From: ANME-2 cluster archaeon
Lineage (GTDB): Archaea; Halobacteriota; Methanosarcinia; Methanosarcinales; Methanocomedenaceae
Assembly: GCA_014237145.1 (NCBI GenBank)
Contig: JAAXOC010000089.1
Coordinates: 6,324-70,323, forward strand
Length of the DNA: 64,000 nucleotides
Direction: 5' to 3'
Shown: piece by piece, positions 60,258 through 64,000 of the stretch
Layout: each line of letters begins with the position of its first letter
How positions within the stretch are numbered: the first letter of the stretch is position 1
The notes under the pieces: generated by a model
Database searches by the model: none
What the model saw: only the letters and a program-made list of their open reading frames with translations
What the model was told of the DNA's origin: nothing
Position numbers and translations under genes: made by a program

Positions 60258-60665
60258 TCATTCCAATTCCAGCCGCTTCGCCAACTCGGCCAAACTCGTA
60301 CAAAGCACGACAGACCTCTCGATCATCAAGTTCACTACCCCCTCAATACCAAGCGTCCTGAAATCTGTCCGCAGCCCGTACACAGGCTTACCCAGGGCAT
60401 GGGCATATCCTATCTCCCACGCCGTGCCCGAATCCACATCCACACCGTCAAGCACTGCTACCAGTATGTCAGCCTCATCAATGGCGGCCACGTTCTTGCT
60501 AAATATGGACTCCTGTCTGGCATCCAGTTCGGAATCAATCTCGTTTGAGTGCTCCTGGGGCAGGAAGACACCCATACCTATTCTTTCCAGCTCATCTCTT
60601 AGCCTGCTATTAAAATCGCATTCAGCCTCTGAAAAAAGCGGTGCTGCAAGGTATACATTTCTCAT
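60258..60665 (-). CDS. nucleoside 2-deoxyribosyltransferase family protein
   Basis: VYLAAPLFS, DSGTAWEIGYA, NLM. Confidence 0.88.
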   Translation of the reverse strand: MRNVYLAAPLFSEAECDFNSRLRDELERIGMGVFLPQEHSNEIDSELDARQESIFSKNVAAIDEADILVAVLDGVDVDSGTAWEIGYAHALGKPVYGLRTDFRTLGIEGVVNLMIERSVVLCTSLAELAKRLELE

Positions 60666-60882
60666 GAGATCTAAATGGTCGCTAAAGGCAAATAAGTTTT
60701 CTAAAAGGAATTGAATCGAATCATTTTCAATATCTAAGTCTATCCTGCCTTTCAACAATGTAGTAAAAAACAAAAAAAATCCGCCTGGTCCCATCCCGGA
60801 TGAACGCTGATACTGCATACGAAATCTGCGTTCATCTGTAGTTCGTTATAATTCAAAAGACCAGAAGAAATTAAAAAATCTC

Positions 60883-63648
60883 TTATTTCGCCAGGCTTTC
60901 CCTTAGCACTTCCAGCCCGCGCTCCAGTGCCTCTTCGATCTTCCTCGCATCAGGACCCCCGCCCTGTGCCAGTTCAGTCCTGCCGCCGCCGCCGCCGCCA
61001 ACGACCTTTGACATTTCCCTGACAAGGTCACCTGAGTTTGCACCATTTTCCAGTGCTTTATCACCGGCTGCCGCTACAATCTTTGCCCCGCCCAGCTCGC
61101 TGGCCAGCAGTGCAACTACATCGGATTCTTTAGTGAACTTAGCTGCCGCTTTTACCAGCTCTTCGATATCGGCACCGGGCAGGGTACGGGCTATAACCCT
61201 GAATCCGCCAATGTCCACTGCATCTGAAATCAACGAACCCACTCTTGCCGAGGCCAGGTCTTCCTTCAGCCTGGCGTTCTCCTTTTTGAACTCCTTCCAT
61301 TCATTGAAGAACCTGGCAGTGGTCTCAGGCAGGTGTTCAGGTGCAACCTTCAATTCATCGGCGCTCAGCCACAGCAGGTCGTCCAGTTCCTGCCAGCGCT
61401 TTACTGCCGCCTCGCCTGCCGCATACTCCAGCCGTTCCACGCCGTCCTGTATCCGCTCTGCCTTTAGTATCTTAATAGGACCAATAAGCCCGGTATTGCT
61501 AACATGGGTGCCGCCGCACGCCTCCACGTCATCCCCTACCCTGAGCACCCGAATCTGTTTACCTGGCGGCACACCGCCCTGGTACAGCACGAACCCGAAC
61601 TTCTGCTCGGCCTCGGTCCTGTCCATCCAGGTGGTCTCCACAGGGATGTTGGCCATCACTGTCTGGTTGGCTATAAGTTCGATCTCCTTGAGTTCTTCAT
61701 TGGTGATGCGTTTGAAATGGGACAGGTCCAGACGTGCCCGCTCAGCGCTCTTCTGGGCGCCAGTCTGCCAGATATGGTTGCCCAGCACCTTCTTGGCAGC
61801 ATCGTTCACTACATGGGTGGCAGTATGGTGGCGCATATGTGCCAGACGTCTCTTTCTATCCACAGCCCCGTCCACAGTATCCCCTGGTTCCAGGTCGATC
61901 ATATCCTCGAAAATAGTATGAAAAATCACGCCCTGCTCGATCTGGACATCCACTACTTGGTAGGTGGAATTCCCTTTGGTGATGATACCGTGGTCATGAG
62001 GCTGCCCACCGCCCTCAGGATAGAACTGGGTCCTGTCAAGTATGACATTGCCGTCAATAACTGCCACGACCTTTGCCTGGAATTCAAGCTCTTCAGGCAG
62101 GTCATAATACGACTTCTCTGTATCAGGCAGGTTTTCTATACCGGGAATAACTTGTTCAACCTCTTCCTTATCCTCTGCTTTGCTGTGGCTTTCAGCCACA
62201 AGTGAGTAGAATGTATCTGGCAGGTCTATCCTCAGGCCGATCTCTTCTGCCACATCTGCCGTGATCTCAGGAGATATGCCGTGGGTGTCATACATCTGGA
62301 TGATCTCACCTAGTGGGAATTCCTCGCCCTTATCCATATAATGTCGTGCGCTCTTTGCAACCAGACGCCGTCCACGCTCCAGGGTATCGGCATACTTGTC
62401 TTCCTCTCTGTCAAGTATCTCTACAATAGTTTTTAGACGTTCACTGAACTCAGGATACTCGGGCAGCTTGTCTATCTGCATGGTAACGATGTCTGATAGT
62501 AGTACATCCATGCCTGCCTCAGCCATAAGCCGCAGGGTCCGGCGCAGTACCAGCCGTGCCAGGTATCCTGCCTTTACATTGGATGGGATGATACCATCCC
62601 CGAACATAAATGCCAGGCACCTGCTGTGGTCAGCGATGGCGTATACCCTTTCCACAGGTTCCATAATAGCCTGCAGTTCTTCAACCGGAATGCCGATCTC
62701 GGCCGCCACTTTCTTGCGCAGTTCCATGAGGTTGGCCTGTCCTGTGATATCCATCAACCCGGCAAGCTTTGCGTTTTTGGCCAGGATATTGGCATATTCG
62801 GGGTCGTCCAGTCTGTGCTCTACACCTGCAAGGTCCATTAGTTCACTGACTACCTCCGGGAACACAGCATCATAGATGGTGGGCGAACCCTTGCTGGCCC
62901 ATACGAATCTCTCAAGACCGTAACCCGTGTCCACGATGTAATTGTCCATCTTTACATATGGGTCTCCCTTGATCATTATATCCCCGCCTTTTTTCTGCTG
63001 CAGGTCCATGAACACCAGTGTGGCTACCTCAAGCCCGGCCACCAGCACTTCTACACAGGGCCCGGCATTACCGCCACCGGCCCATGGTTCTTCTTTATAG
63101 GTCACGGCATTGGGGTCTGTGCCCAGGTCATTTAGCAGGGCATCACAATATTCTACTGTCTCGTTCTTCCAGTAGATCTCTTTTTGTGGATTATTAAAAG
63201 CATGATGCGCCATCATCTCGAAGTTTGTGAGATGGCGGCCGCTGCGTCCTACTGAATCAAGGTCAGGTAAGCGGATGCACGGCTGGCTGATGGTAAGGGG
63301 ATTGGCTGGAGGTGGTACCATTCCAGAGGTGACGAACGGCTGGAAATCGGCAATACTTGCAATGGTGAGGTAGATATCGTCCCGCCACCTGGCAATAACA
63401 GGGTACCTGTCCACCCTTGTATGGTTGTGCTCCTCGAAGAAGGAGAGGAACTTCTCCCTCATCTGTGAGAGGTCGTACTGCTTTGTGAAGACCGGGCTGC
63501 CTATGAATGAGTACGGATCACATGGTGCGTCTCCGCATGTTATTCTGTCCGGGTCCCGTGTCCAGTAGGCACTGCCGCATTTTGAGCAGGTTTTTCTCTC
63601 AAATCCGTTCTCAAAGAAATAACTCAGTTGGTATTCGTCCTCAAGCAT
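60883..63648 (-). CDS. alaS: alanyl-tRNA synthetase
   Basis: IASIADFQP, FEMMAHH, HHTATH, CGGTH, GGGGGG DHHA1. Confidence 0.97.
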   Translation of the reverse strand: MLEDEYQLSYFFENGFERKTCSKCGSAYWTRDPDRITCGDAPCDPYSFIGSPVFTKQYDLSQMREKFLSFFEEHNHTRVDRYPVIARWRDDIYLTIASIADFQPFVTSGMVPPPANPLTISQPCIRLPDLDSVGRSGRHLTNFEMMAHHAFNNPQKEIYWKNETVEYCDALLNDLGTDPNAVTYKEEPWAGGGNAGPCVEVLVAGLEVATLVFMDLQQKKGGDIMIKGDPYVKMDNYIVDTGYGLERFVWASKGSPTIYDAVFPEVVSELMDLAGVEHRLDDPEYANILAKNAKLAGLMDITGQANLMELRKKVAAEIGIPVEELQAIMEPVERVYAIADHSRCLAFMFGDGIIPSNVKAGYLARLVLRRTLRLMAEAGMDVLLSDIVTMQIDKLPEYPEFSERLKTIVEILDREEDKYADTLERGRRLVAKSARHYMDKGEEFPLGEIIQMYDTHGISPEITADVAEEIGLRIDLPDTFYSLVAESHSKAEDKEEVEQVIPGIENLPDTEKSYYDLPEELEFQAKVVAVIDGNVILDRTQFYPEGGGQPHDHGIITKGNSTYQVVDVQIEQGVIFHTIFEDMIDLEPGDTVDGAVDRKRRLAHMRHHTATHVVNDAAKKVLGNHIWQTGAQKSAERARLDLSHFKRITNEELKEIELIANQTVMANIPVETTWMDRTEAEQKFGFVLYQGGVPPGKQIRVLRVGDDVEACGGTHVSNTGLIGPIKILKAERIQDGVERLEYAAGEAAVKRWQELDDLLWLSADELKVAPEHLPETTARFFNEWKEFKKENARLKEDLASARVGSLISDAVDIGGFRVIARTLPGADIEELVKAAAKFTKESDVVALLASELGGAKIVAAAGDKALENGANSGDLVREMSKVVGGGGGGRTELAQGGGPDARKIEEALERGLEVLRESLAK

Positions 63649-64000
63649 AGTATTCCCTGTATTTGTGATATTGGGTTTTAATGGTCTTTATACTGAAAAG
63701 GTTTGTGCAGGAAGACCATACCAGGATGTTTTAATTATTGTTTTTATGGCATCTGCATTTTCCCGGGTGGACGGGGTGTGGTTATTCAAGCAGTGGGATC
63801 GCGGTTTGGTGCAGTATAGGTGAGCTGGGTTTTGTTTGCATCTTTTTTTGGGGATATGTGATAATTTCCGCAGGTTTTATCGTTTATGCCGCAGTAAATA
63901 ACTTATTCTTCATAATCCAAACAATTTAATTAATTGATACAACATATCGGGATAAAAAATGTCAGAATCAGAAATAAATATACAAAACGTAGTTGCATCG

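Noticed and set aside
61133..62875. long plus-strand ORFs
   Set aside because: Antisense shadows of alaS; the same applies to similar ORFs opposite hisS, leuC, gap and the PASTA gene

Overview
64 kb of an archaeal chromosome, most likely Methanosarcinales (possibly ANME-2-like). This is inferred from mfnB, type II gap, radB, archaeal alaS/hisS, DacZ and a cytochrome c maturation gene; no marker search was run. Housekeeping genes are interleaved with accessory and decaying DNA. Two candidate unusual systems stand out. (1) About 4.7-14.2 kb: a stand-alone lipoate locus with two LipS1-like and one LipS2-like radical SAM enzymes, split LplA/LplB ligase genes, two GcvH/LbpA-like carriers, an M23-like Zn-motif protein and a CoA-disulfide reductase/NADH oxidase-like flavoprotein. 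No glycine-cleavage P/T, 2-oxoacid dehydrogenase or sHdr client is present in the window. (2) About 18.4-21.5 kb: a four-gene operon with two paralogous DUF2589-like proteins (one with a long Ser/Thr-rich beta-hairpin insert), a coiled-coil/4xPASTA/HhH protein and a small I9-inhibitor-like protein. PASTA domains are odd in a lineage without peptidoglycan. Other observations: a 49 x 14-bp intergenic tandem array, a frameshifted form III RuBisCO remnant missed by the ORF track, a leuC copy collapsed by three microhomology-bounded in-frame deletions, several MITEs with target-site duplications, and broken toxin-antitoxin modules. No rRNA, tRNA or CRISPR array was recognised.
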